A stretch of DNA of 64,000 nt from an uncultured Ruminococcus sp. Its GTDB lineage: Bacteria > Bacillota > Clostridia > Oscillospirales > CAG-382. Positions 37,033-46,766 of this stretch are shown here, in pieces. The notes below the pieces were generated by a model, which was not told the origin of the DNA, ran no database searches, and worked only from the letters and a program-made list of their open reading frames with translations. Made by a program: the position numbers and the translations under genes. The DNA is taken from contig CAZJVB010000006.1 of assembly GCA_964549435.1 (NCBI GenBank), positions 263 through 64,262 of the forward strand, in the 5' to 3' direction. Every line of letters begins with the position of its first letter. The stretch's first letter is position 1.

Positions 37033-37752
37033 TCAGCCGAACAGCTCATGCTGCGGATCGATAGGGGAGCCATTGAGCTGCATCTCGAAGTGCAGATGCG
37101 GTTCGTCGGCGCTTTCGGAGACTGCGGTTGTTCCGACATAGCCGATCAGTTCTCCCGCTTTCAGTGTTTTGCCGGTTTCTAAACCGGAGGCCAGCTCCGG
37201 CGCCAGATTAGAGTAAACGGTTACCAGCCCATATTCATGCCGCACCGTGACGGTTTTGCCGTAAAAATCGTCGTCCTGTACGGATTCGACGGTTCCGGCA
37301 GCGTAACAGCGTACTTCCGCACCGATCGGCGCAGCGAGATCCAGTCCGGTATGCACGCGATAGTCATTCATAGTCGCGGAAAAGACCAGCTTGTCCAGCG
37401 AACAGGCCTTGGATATCTGCTCGGAGTCTACCGGGCAGACATAAAGCGGTTCTTCATTGATGACCGGCGGATAGGAGCTTTCGTCAACAATTCCGCTTTC
37501 TTCATCGAAGACGGGGTTGTCCGGTTGGAGGGGAATGACTCTTGATGATTCAGAGTCTGTGCGGCTTTGCTCGATGGAAAATTCCGGTGCGCTGTATTCC
37601 GGTATAGAGCTGATGCTGCGATTCAATGCAAAGATGCTGGCGGTGGCGACACCGACGATCAGCAGCGCCATGGCGAGATACAGATAGGCAGAGTAACGGT
37701 TCCAGCGATTGCTTTTACCATTTTGTCTGTTGTTTTGTTCCGGTTTCGACAT
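37033..37752 (-). CDS. M23/LytM family metallopeptidase, bitopic membrane protein (SpoIIQ-like)
   Basis: ATG 37752 lies 8 nt after AGGAGG. N-terminal TM. Intact LytM zinc motifs HTGLD (HxxxD) and HLHFE (HxH). Immediately downstream of the spoIID-like gene. Confidence 0.82.
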   Translation of the reverse strand: MSKPEQNNRQNGKSNRWNRYSAYLYLAMALLIVGVATASIFALNRSISSIPEYSAPEFSIEQSRTDSESSRVIPLQPDNPVFDEESGIVDESSYPPVINEEPLYVCPVDSEQISKACSLDKLVFSATMNDYRVHTGLDLAAPIGAEVRCYAAGTVESVQDDDFYGKTVTVRHEYGLVTVYSNLAPELASGLETGKTLKAGELIGYVGTTAVSESADEPHLHFEMQLNGSPIDPQHELFG

Positions 37753-37812
37753 AGGGAATTCCTCCTGTTGTTTGTGTTCGTATGTAGTTTGTACCAAACA
37801 GGAGGGATCTAT

Positions 37813-38676
37813 TCAGGAAATCCTGCAGATTTCAGTTTCCGGGTAATAAAAAGCGAGGATTTCGGTACAGGTTTTTCCGCTTTCCGCTAATAGCGCCGCT
37901 CCGTTGCGGCTCATTCCCACGCCATTTCCTGCTCCCTGACAAATGGCGTAGATCGCTCCCTCCCTTTGCTCCAGTGTAAAGCAACAGGAAGGAAGGGACA
38001 ATCGTTCGGCGAGCTGTTCACCGGAAAGGGAAAGAGTTCCGAAGCGCATCTCACGTACCCGCTCCGCCACATCGTAAGCGAGTACAAGATCGCCGGGATC
38101 GCTGTTTTCCGGTGCACCGATCAGGGAGAGAAACTCTGCTTCGCTCCATGCGCGTTCTGTGATGCGGTCTTCCTGAATATTTTTGACTTCTGTCAGATAA
38201 GGAAGCGAGATGCCGTAAACGGTTTGACTGCTTTCGGTGTAGGCTCCGGAGCTCTCGTGTGTCAGCGCAGCAGCGGCTTCTCCCTGGTAAGTCACCACGA
38301 GTCCTGCCGTTTCCGCAGCGGCCTCTACTGCCTTTTCCGAGAAGGTGTCAAAGGAACAGGCTGCACAGCAGGAGGGATCATCACATGCTGCGGCTCCGGG
38401 GTGAACGGGCGTATGCTGTTCGCAATAGACTGCGCTGCTGCGCACAGCAATGGCGATTGCCTTCAGCGCTTCCCCTTCGTAGGGATAGTTTGCTGCGTCC
38501 AGAACGCCGATAACATAGTCCTCCAAAGGGATTGTTTTGATCTCTCCCGTTTCGCTTTCTAAGATATGAATCAGCTCCGGCTGTTGCTCTTCCGATAGAG
38601 GAAAGAACTTGGGAGTGAACGGAAGCAGAGTCAGGCAGAGTATCAGTGCGAAAAAATAAAGCAGATAATTTTTCAT
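37813..38676 (-). CDS. spoIID: SpoIID/LytB domain protein (stage II sporulation protein D-like)
   Basis: 287 aa with signal/TM. EDYVIGVLDAANYP...EALKAIAIAVRSSAVY, plus a C-terminal GNGVGMSRNGAALLAESGKTCTEILAFYYPETEI signature. Confidence 0.75.
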   Translation of the reverse strand: MKNYLLYFFALILCLTLLPFTPKFFPLSEEQQPELIHILESETGEIKTIPLEDYVIGVLDAANYPYEGEALKAIAIAVRSSAVYCEQHTPVHPGAAACDDPSCCAACSFDTFSEKAVEAAAETAGLVVTYQGEAAAALTHESSGAYTESSQTVYGISLPYLTEVKNIQEDRITERAWSEAEFLSLIGAPENSDPGDLVLAYDVAERVREMRFGTLSLSGEQLAERLSLPSCCFTLEQREGAIYAICQGAGNGVGMSRNGAALLAESGKTCTEILAFYYPETEICRIS

Positions 38677-38743
38677 CCGAGGAAGGCACGTCCTTTCTGA
38701 GTAGAAAACGGTTCTGCTTTATTGTATTCGGTTTTGCTTTCGC

Positions 38744-39616
38744 TTATTCCCCGATGGACGAGCTATCCCAGTCCTTTGTGATCGGGCGGATCGACGCCAT
38801 GCGCGTTAGAATGTAGATGATCATTGCAATTGACAGGAGAGAATAGATGGCTTCCAGCTCCGAACTGCCTTCCTGTAGGCAAAGAAACAGGAAAGGGATA
38901 TCGTAAACCGCCAAAAGCAGGACGGCAATGTGCCCGACTGCGAGAAAGATAGGAACTTTTCCGTTACCGATCAGCATCTTTCCTTCGCAAAGGAAGAACA
39001 GCATGATGGCGATCATGCCGAGAATATGGTATCCGCCAGAGTTGGCGAGCGGCATGGTGCTGTTGTCAATGAAATCGTTAAGGATGCGGAATGCGTAGAA
39101 TAGGATGGGCATGATGGCGAGAAACAGATGCAGCGCACGCTTTTTCGGAAGAGACATGCTTGCAGCGGACAGCAGAAAGTAGATTGCCGAAAGAAGGGCA
39201 AACACTTTGACCAATCCGGAAATAAATGGATTGGCATCCGTAATGCGGTTGCTCTCCGGCGCAAAGTAGGCAAAGTAGATGGAAGCCACCAAAACGGTCA
39301 GCAGCAGAAAGCCGGTGATAGAAGCACCGAATGTAACGGATGGCAGACCGTGCGGCAAAGCGGCTGTATATCGCCTTCTCGAAAGCAGAGATATAAGCAG
39401 CAGAACAGCGGCTGCGGCCGCCGTTAACAGCGCGCAGACAGTCTCACCCCTCCCGGTCGATAACACCCAAAGGCGGTACGCGACCAATGCAGCAGTAAGC
39501 AGCAGGAGAACAGCGAATGAAGCAAATTTGTATTTGGTAGAAAATGCCGAAACGGGGGTAGTCATTTCCACGACCGATCCTTCTTTCCGAAGACTTAAAA
39601 AAAGAGAGGGGATCAT
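38744..39616 (-). CDS. polytopic membrane protein, unknown function
   Basis: About 270-290 aa with roughly 8 hydrophobic segments and no recognisable motif. Start uncertain (39616, or ATG 39565 MTTPVSAF). Confidence 0.55.
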   Translation of the reverse strand: MIPSLFLSLRKEGSVVEMTTPVSAFSTKYKFASFAVLLLLTAALVAYRLWVLSTGRGETVCALLTAAAAAVLLLISLLSRRRYTAALPHGLPSVTFGASITGFLLLTVLVASIYFAYFAPESNRITDANPFISGLVKVFALLSAIYFLLSAASMSLPKKRALHLFLAIMPILFYAFRILNDFIDNSTMPLANSGGYHILGMIAIMLFFLCEGKMLIGNGKVPIFLAVGHIAVLLLAVYDIPFLFLCLQEGSSELEAIYSLLSIAMIIYILTRMASIRPITKDWDSSSIGE

Positions 39617-39720
39617 TCCAAAGGAAAAACCCTATGCCAATATTATAACGAAAGGCACAGGGTTTGTAAACTGGAGTCGATGTTTTTTTACAATTAAGTT
39701 AAAATCAATAAATGATTGGT

Positions 39721-41355
39721 TCAGGAAAGATGGCTGATTTCTGTTCCATCGAAGTAAAATCCGATGATATAACGGTAGCTGTATCCTTCGGAGACCAACT
39801 GCTCTGAGCCGTTAGCGCTGAAACCTACGCCGTGACCGGTTCCGACGCCGTCAAAGATAATGTGGTCCGCGCCGACGGTTTTCTCTGTACCGGTCACAGC
39901 ATAGTTCTGTTCAAAGGAATCAAACGAATGATAGAGACCCTGTTCATCCAGATATCCTGAAACATCCGCTTCCGTCACATTTCCGTCCGCATCGATGACG
40001 GTCGCTTCCATGGAATAGGAAACGGTAAAGTTTGCACTTTCGAAGCGAAGCACTTTGCGGACTTCTTCGCTGGTTGCGACGTTAACCGTATTGTTCTGGG
40101 AGTCGGTGACGGAGAGGAGGGTAACATATCCTGAGCCGTACGGATCGGTTTCCGCAACTGTGACGCTGTTGATGCCGCCTGTCAGCTCGCGGAATGCGGA
40201 GCGGGAGGAGAGGAACGTATAAAGCTCCTGCTCGGAAAAGACATACTGCCAGATTTCACTGGCATTATCCTCACTTTCCTGCAGTGTTACAGATTTGAGA
40301 TAGGGGATCTCTTCTCCGCCCCATGCTGCGACGGAGGAACAACTCGCACCGCCATTGCTTCCGTGATACAGGCAGTAAATCGGATTTCCCTCATAGGTGA
40401 TATATTCGCCCTTGGTAGAATCCACGATGGCATCGTTCTCGCTGTCGCGGCGATATGTGCCGAGATAAACCTGACAGCAGCTCGTGTTACATACGTCGTA
40501 TCCGGATGCAGCGTGCTTGCTGGTCAGAGGGACGGTCCGAATCAGCACCGAGAAAGCGCGTCGGGTTTCCCGGGAGACGTTGGTGCCGATTTCATTGGAC
40601 ATCACACACTTGACATAGGTCTCCAGATCCAGAACGTTAATGATTTTCAGTCGGGAGGAAGCGACAGTATATTCAAAGAAGCCGGGATAGTCGTATCTGC
40701 CGCTTTCAGTATTCAGAGAGACGGTGCCGCCGTTTGCAGCGCGGATGGCAAGCGGCTGGTCGCCCACATAGACGAACAGCAGCTTTCCAGTTTCGCAGTT
40801 GTATGCTGCGATGCTGTTGTCTGCCGGTGCGGCGACAGAGAGCGCGTTTCCGGAGATGGCTGCTTTCGCTTCGGATTCGCTTAGGAAGGCTCCGTACCAA
40901 ACTTCATACGTGCCGTTGCCGAACGCGACAAAACCGTTTGTATAGCGATTCGCCGCCGTCTGCGCGTCTAAATAGCCTGTATAGGTTTTGCCGGTGCGGA
41001 TATGATAAGCGCCATAGGATCCGCTGTCAGAAGCCCGTCCGGAAGCCGTTTGTCCGGAGAAGGTCAGCGAAGCGTTGCGGTTGGGAAGCAATGCCAAACC
41101 GGAAGCACTGACCGTAAAGAGTGCAGAAAAGCCGGTTCCGGAGGAGGTACCGACCGTGAAGCCTCCTTCGCACTGCGCGGAGGAAACAAAGACGCTGCTG
41201 CCGTTTTCTGGTACGCAAAGTCCGACGCGAACATTCTTATCCGTGCCGGATGCTGCGGTCGCTGTGTTATCTGTCCGGTAGCCGCCAGCAGTCAGGAGCG
41301 GAAGCAGCGCTGCAGCGCAAAGCAGCAGTAAAAGCGATCGTTTAACGCGTTTCAT
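39721..41355 (-). CDS. large secreted SpoIID/LytB domain-containing protein
   Basis: 544 aa with a signal peptide. N-terminal about 230-aa region ending in a SPOR-like GAFLSESEAKAAI. SpoIID core (LETYVKCVMSNEIG, CCQVYLG, GTGHGVGFSANGSEQL). Confidence 0.8.
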   Translation of the reverse strand: MKRVKRSLLLLLCAAALLPLLTAGGYRTDNTATAASGTDKNVRVGLCVPENGSSVFVSSAQCEGGFTVGTSSGTGFSALFTVSASGLALLPNRNASLTFSGQTASGRASDSGSYGAYHIRTGKTYTGYLDAQTAANRYTNGFVAFGNGTYEVWYGAFLSESEAKAAISGNALSVAAPADNSIAAYNCETGKLLFVYVGDQPLAIRAANGGTVSLNTESGRYDYPGFFEYTVASSRLKIINVLDLETYVKCVMSNEIGTNVSRETRRAFSVLIRTVPLTSKHAASGYDVCNTSCCQVYLGTYRRDSENDAIVDSTKGEYITYEGNPIYCLYHGSNGGASCSSVAAWGGEEIPYLKSVTLQESEDNASEIWQYVFSEQELYTFLSSRSAFRELTGGINSVTVAETDPYGSGYVTLLSVTDSQNNTVNVATSEEVRKVLRFESANFTVSYSMEATVIDADGNVTEADVSGYLDEQGLYHSFDSFEQNYAVTGTEKTVGADHIIFDGVGTGHGVGFSANGSEQLVSEGYSYRYIIGFYFDGTEISHLS

Positions 41356-41860
41356 AAGTGCCTTTCATGGTGAAAGCCGCCTGATCGCCGGTGACCAGCA
41401 GACAGGCGCCGCTTTCCGCATCGGTTTTATAGTAAATATGCCCAAAGAGCAGGGACTCGCCGGAAAAGCATTCTCTGCCGGCGGAGAGGTCTGTGATCCC
41501 CCTTCCCGGTTCCGGAGAGGTGGTGATGATAATGGCGTTTCCGCCGCGGAAGATGACTTCGGCATCAGAGCCGAGCACCAAAACGGTTCCCTTGGGGAAT
41601 GTGATATCGTGATAAGTGGATGACACGGCGCCTCCGCTGCTGCCGGAGAACTCCGCCAGCAGTTCCTTCTTCAGATCGTCGATTACGCTTTGCAGATAAC
41701 CGTAGGTGACCAGCGCATTGCTGTCTATTGAGGTCGTTTCTCCGTCCGATGCATCTGCAGCGGAAGCGGAAAAGAAAAAAACAGAAAGCGGCAGCCAGAC
41801 TGCGAGGAGTGCAGCCGCAAACACGCAGGGATACGTACGGAAACGGAATTTTTTCATCAT
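41342..41860 (-). CDS. small secreted protein, unknown function
   Basis: Start MMKKFRFRTYP at 41860. Signal peptide ending in ASAADA. 14-nt overlap with the downstream SpoIID-domain gene implies co-translation. Confidence 0.55.
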   Translation of the reverse strand: MMKKFRFRTYPCVFAAALLAVWLPLSVFFFSASAADASDGETTSIDSNALVTYGYLQSVIDDLKKELLAEFSGSSGGAVSSTYHDITFPKGTVLVLGSDAEVIFRGGNAIIITTSPEPGRGITDLSAGRECFSGESLLFGHIYYKTDAESGACLLVTGDQAAFTMKGTYETR

Positions 41861-42019
41861 GAAAATCGCCTGTCCTTTCTTTTGCTCAACGAAGACGCAG
41901 GAATCACAATCGCATCCATGAGGAGAGTGATAAGCAATATAGATCAAAAACAGATCATGATAGCTCTGTTTTGTGGTTTTTTCTCTCGACTGCGAAAAAA
42001 TGTTGTCTGGATGGAAAGC

Positions 42020-42048
42020 ATGATACTCATTTTGGGAGCTTCTGTCAA
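42020..42048 (-). promoter_or_regulatory. sigma-A-like promoter for the 41860-39721 operon
   Basis: Minus strand reads TTGACA-17 nt-TATCAT. This would give a leader of about 150 nt. Confidence 0.4.
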
Positions 42049-42278
42049 GTCTTTTCCCTTTTTTTCAGAGAGTTGCATAAAATGGCAGCATTGTTCTTTT
42101 GGAATTTTCAGCTGATCGGCAACGGATTTTTCCTCTTTTTTCCAAAAGAACCGTGTAGTACATTATATGCCGGAACAAACGGAAACGATTCCGGTAGGAA
42201 ACGTCTATTTTTCCCTTCATTTGTCGGACCTGTGCAGGGAAACAGAAAAAAAGGAAGCAAAAGAGGGAAAAGTGACAG

Positions 42279-42307
42279 TTGATTTTTTTGTATTTCCGGC
42301 GTATAAT
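42279..42307 (+). promoter_or_regulatory. sigma-A-like promoter for the antiporter gene
   Basis: TTGATT (42279-42284)-17 nt-TATAAT (42302-42307), 40 nt upstream of ATG 42347. Confidence 0.5.
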
Positions 42308-42346
42308 ACTGCCGTTCAGAAAATCGGAAGAGGAGGCTTTGTCTCT

Positions 42347-43558
42347 ATGGAATATTTTGAGATGCTGTTGCCGCTGGCGTTGATTCTGTTCTTTTCCAAA
42401 CTGCTGTCAAAGCTATGCGAAAAGCTGCATTTACCGCAGGTAGTTGGGCTTTTGCTTGCCGGTGTGCTGCTGGGCGTATTGCGTTCCTTTACCGGGCAGT
42501 CGGTGATCAGCGATGTTGCGGTGGAGGGCTTGGGTTTTCTTGCCAAAATCGGTGTGATTCTGATTATGTTTTCCGCCGGTCTGGAGACGGATGTCAAGCA
42601 GATTCGCACAGTAGGGATTCCCGCTGTGCTGATCACGATAGCGGGTGTGGCGGTGCCGATGGGGTTAGGGTTCCTTGCGGCATGGGCGTTTCAGGGATTT
42701 ACGTCAGAAACTGTGACACAGAGTTTATTTTACGGCTGCATTCTGACGGCGACCTCGGTCAGCGTAACCGTCGCGTCTCTGAAGGAGCTCGGCAAGCTGC
42801 AGGGGAAGGTTGGCGGAACGATCGTCGCGGCGGCAATACTGGATGATATCATCGGTGTTGTGCTGCTTTCCTTTATCATAGCTATCGGTGCGCCGGGCGG
42901 CAGTGCGGAAAATCCTTGGCTGGTATTGCTGAAAACCTGCTTGTTTTTTGTGTTTGCGCTGGCGTTCGGCTGGCTTTTCCGTGTAATCTTCCGGAAACTT
43001 AGTGAGAAGATGACGCATCACCGCACGATCCCGATCATGGGGCTTGCTGCCTGCTTCTTTTTCGCGTATGCGAGTGAACGTTGGTTTGGCGTGGCGGATA
43101 TTACGGGAGCATTTTTTGCAGGATTGATGCTCTCCGGAAACCGGGATGCTGCATATATTGACAGGCGCAGCGATATTATGAGTTATATGGTATTCGGACC
43201 GGTCTTTTTTGCCAACATCGGTATTACGGCGGATTTTTCCGGCTTGACTGCTGCGACAGTTGCGTTCGGCATCTGCTATATTTTACTGGGCCTTGCGGGG
43301 AAGGTGATCGGCTGCGGAGCAACTGCCAGACTGTGCAAATATTCCGCGCGGGATTCGCTGCGGATCGGTGTCGGCATGATGGTGCGCGCCGAGGTTGCGT
43401 TGATCTGTGCGCAGAGGGGGGTGGACAGCGGCATCATCGATGCTTCTATTCTGCCGTTTTTGCTGTTGATGATCATTCTTTCCAGCTTTTCCGCTCCGGT
43501 GATTCTCAAGGCTTCCTATGATCGTGAACGGGAGGAAAAAGTGGCTTCAACCCTGTGA
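42347..43558 (+). CDS. cation:proton antiporter (CPA2/Kef-type)
   Basis: Start MEYFEMLLPLALILFFSKLLSKLCEKLHLPQVVGLLLAGVLLG, the typical Na_H_Exchanger N-terminus, behind GGAAGAGGAGG. About 12 TM segments. Confidence 0.85.
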   Translation: MEYFEMLLPLALILFFSKLLSKLCEKLHLPQVVGLLLAGVLLGVLRSFTGQSVISDVAVEGLGFLAKIGVILIMFSAGLETDVKQIRTVGIPAVLITIAGVAVPMGLGFLAAWAFQGFTSETVTQSLFYGCILTATSVSVTVASLKELGKLQGKVGGTIVAAAILDDIIGVVLLSFIIAIGAPGGSAENPWLVLLKTCLFFVFALAFGWLFRVIFRKLSEKMTHHRTIPIMGLAACFFFAYASERWFGVADITGAFFAGLMLSGNRDAAYIDRRSDIMSYMVFGPVFFANIGITADFSGLTAATVAFGICYILLGLAGKVIGCGATARLCKYSARDSLRIGVGMMVRAEVALICAQRGVDSGIIDASILPFLLLMIILSSFSAPVILKASYDREREEKVASTL

Positions 43559-43594
43559 TTGTCGGGTGAGGTCGAAAAAAATGCAAAAAACCTA

Positions 43595-43957
43595 TTGACA
43601 TTGGCGTAAAAAAGGATATAATAGATTCAGTTTTTTTGCATCTGTGCTGCCACGTTCATCGCCGGCACTGCCCGGCGGGGGATGCACAGTCAAGGAACCG
43701 AGGTTCGGTTCCTGGGGCAGGTATACATCCTGCCTATAAAAAAATAAATGTGCTCGACAGGCAGTTCCGAACAGGAACCGTTACAGCTTTGTTTTTGCAG
43801 GCTGTTTGAGCAACCGTAGCTGCAATTTCCCGGTTTTGTTCCGGGAGATTTGTAAAAACTCTTTGCGGGGCGCTATGGTTAGTCTGTCGTGGGTCTGCGC
43901 AGAGTTTTGTGAAAGACAAAGCTATACGCGGTCATTGCCGCAAAGGGTGGATGCAAA
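43595..43957 (+). promoter_or_regulatory. promoter plus ~335-nt structured 5' leader of potABCD (class unknown)
   Basis: TTGACA (43595-43600)-16 nt-TATAAT (43617-43622). Downstream hairpins at 43694-43712, 43716-43734, 43764-43778 and 43828-43846. An interrupted stem plus TTTT lies at 43859-43908. Confidence 0.45.
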
Positions 43958-45069
<1,112 letters not shown>

Positions 45070-45073
<4 letters not shown>

Positions 45074-45927
45074 ACGGATATACGTTGACGGCAAAAAAAC
45101 GGAAGGCATCGCTCGGTACTGCCATTCTGAATGCGCCGTATCTTCTTTGGGCTGCTTTATTCATCCTGATTCCGCTGTTGATCGTTCTGTACTACGCGTT
45201 CACGGATCAGAACGGCACGTTTACATTGCAGAACCTGACAGGCCTGCGCGATTATACAGGTGTGATGCTCCGATCCTTCTGGTATTCTTTGGCGGCAACC
45301 GCGATCACGCTGGTGATTGCCTATCCCTTTGTTTACGTCGTCTGTAAATGCCGGCCGGCTTCGCAGAAAATTGCAAATCTGTTCATCACGCTGCCGATGT
45401 GGATCAATCTTTTGATCCGCACGTACTGTCTGACAACGCTGATGGATCGGAACGGTATGGTAAATCAATTGCTTGCCTTTCTCGGCTGGGGGCAGCTTTC
45501 TCTGCTGAATAATACGGGCGCCGTGATCTTCGGTATGGTTTATAATTATCTGCCATATATGATTTTACCGATCTACAATGTGATGTCACGGATCGATTCG
45601 TCTCTGCTGGAGGCGGCGGAGGATCTGGGCTGCAATCCGTTCAAGCGGCTGCGCCGTGTGATCTTCCCGCTAACCGTCCCGGGCATTGTTTCCGGAATTA
45701 TCATGGTGTTTGTTCCCTCGGTCAGTACCTTCTATATCTCCAAGGCGATGGGAGGCACCGGCGACTTTATGATCGGTGACCTGATTGAAAGTCAGATTCA
45801 CAGCCAGAACAGCAATTTGCCGGTTGCTGCGGCGCTGTCTCTGGTGCTGATGGTTGTGATTCTGGTCAGTATGCTGATCCTGAATCGGTTTTCAACAGAT
45901 AAGGAAGGAGGAAGCATGCTGGTATGA
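45070..45927 (+). CDS. potB: spermidine/putrescine ABC transporter permease
   Basis: 285 aa, 6 TM, EAA loop [24 protein letters not shown] overlap with potA. Confidence 0.88.
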
Positions 45928-46724
45928 AGATATTTGGCAGAGTTTTTATGGGGATCGTCTATGCAGTGCTTTACGCGCCGCTGGCTGTTATGATTCTCTT
46001 CTCCTTCAATTCCGCCCGCAGCACCACTTCTTTTTCCGGATTTTCCCTGCGCTGGTACCAAAATCTTTTTTCTGATTACAGTCTGCTTTCCGTGCTTGGG
46101 AATACGCTGGTAATTTCCGTGACCGCAGCGTGTGCCGCCACGGTGCTTGGCGTCATTGCCGCTTACGGCATTTTTCGAATGAAGTCCAAAAAGCTGAAAG
46201 GCGCCGTCAATACGGTGACCAATATTCCGCTGACTAATCCGGATATTATCACCGGTGTTTCCCTGATGCTGTTGTTTACCTTTGTCGGCAGACTGTTCGG
46301 AAACCAAAGCGCGGTTCTCGGTTTTTGGACGCTGCTGATTGCGCATGTCACGTTCAATCTGCCGTATGTGATTCTGAATGTTTTACCGAAGCTGTACCAA
46401 TCCGACCGAAGCCAGTATGAAGCTGCTTTGGATTTGGGCTGTACGCCTGCGCGGGCGTTCTGGAAGATTATCTTTCCGGGCATCGTGCCGGGAATTGTTT
46501 CCGGCTTCATTATGGCGTTCACGCTCTCTTTGGATGATTTTATCATCAGTTATTATACCAACGGTCATTTCAATATTCTTGCCACCAGCTTGTATACTGC
46601 GGTCAAAAAGCCGATCGCGCCGACTTATTATGCGTTGTATACGATGATCTTTTTGACTATCCTGTTGCTGATGCTGACGGTCAATCTGTTGCAGATACGT
46701 TCGGAAAAGAAGCGGCGGGTATGA
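45924..46724 (+). CDS. potC: spermidine/putrescine ABC transporter permease
   Basis: 266 aa, 6 TM, EAA loop EAALDLGCTPARAFWKIIFP. Overlaps the potB stop. Confidence 0.88.
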   Translation: MKIFGRVFMGIVYAVLYAPLAVMILFSFNSARSTTSFSGFSLRWYQNLFSDYSLLSVLGNTLVISVTAACAATVLGVIAAYGIFRMKSKKLKGAVNTVTNIPLTNPDIITGVSLMLLFTFVGRLFGNQSAVLGFWTLLIAHVTFNLPYVILNVLPKLYQSDRSQYEAALDLGCTPARAFWKIIFPGIVPGIVSGFIMAFTLSLDDFIISYYTNGHFNILATSLYTAVKKPIAPTYYALYTMIFLTILLLMLTVNLLQIRSEKKRRV

Positions 46725-46766
46725 AAATTTAACGGTTTCATTTATTTAAGAAAGGAATTTAGAACT

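Noticed and set aside
41882-42282. Two plus-strand ORFs (77 and 103 aa) in the long divergent intergenic region.
   Set aside because: They are F/L/K-rich low-complexity translations of T-runs, lack an SD, and span promoter-like elements.
43734-43919. 61-aa minus-strand ORF inside the potA leader.
   Set aside because: It has no SD, lies antisense to a region bounded by a consensus promoter and potA, and its composition is unremarkable. It is more plausibly non-coding.
43925-43957. AAAGGGTGGAT just upstream of potA, which is reminiscent of the T-box core (AGGGTGGTACCGCG).
   Set aside because: Only the GGGTGG core matches, and that doubles as the SD. No specifier-loop or Stem I features (AG bulge, GNUGGNA pairing context) were found, and a T-box on a polyamine transporter is not expected.
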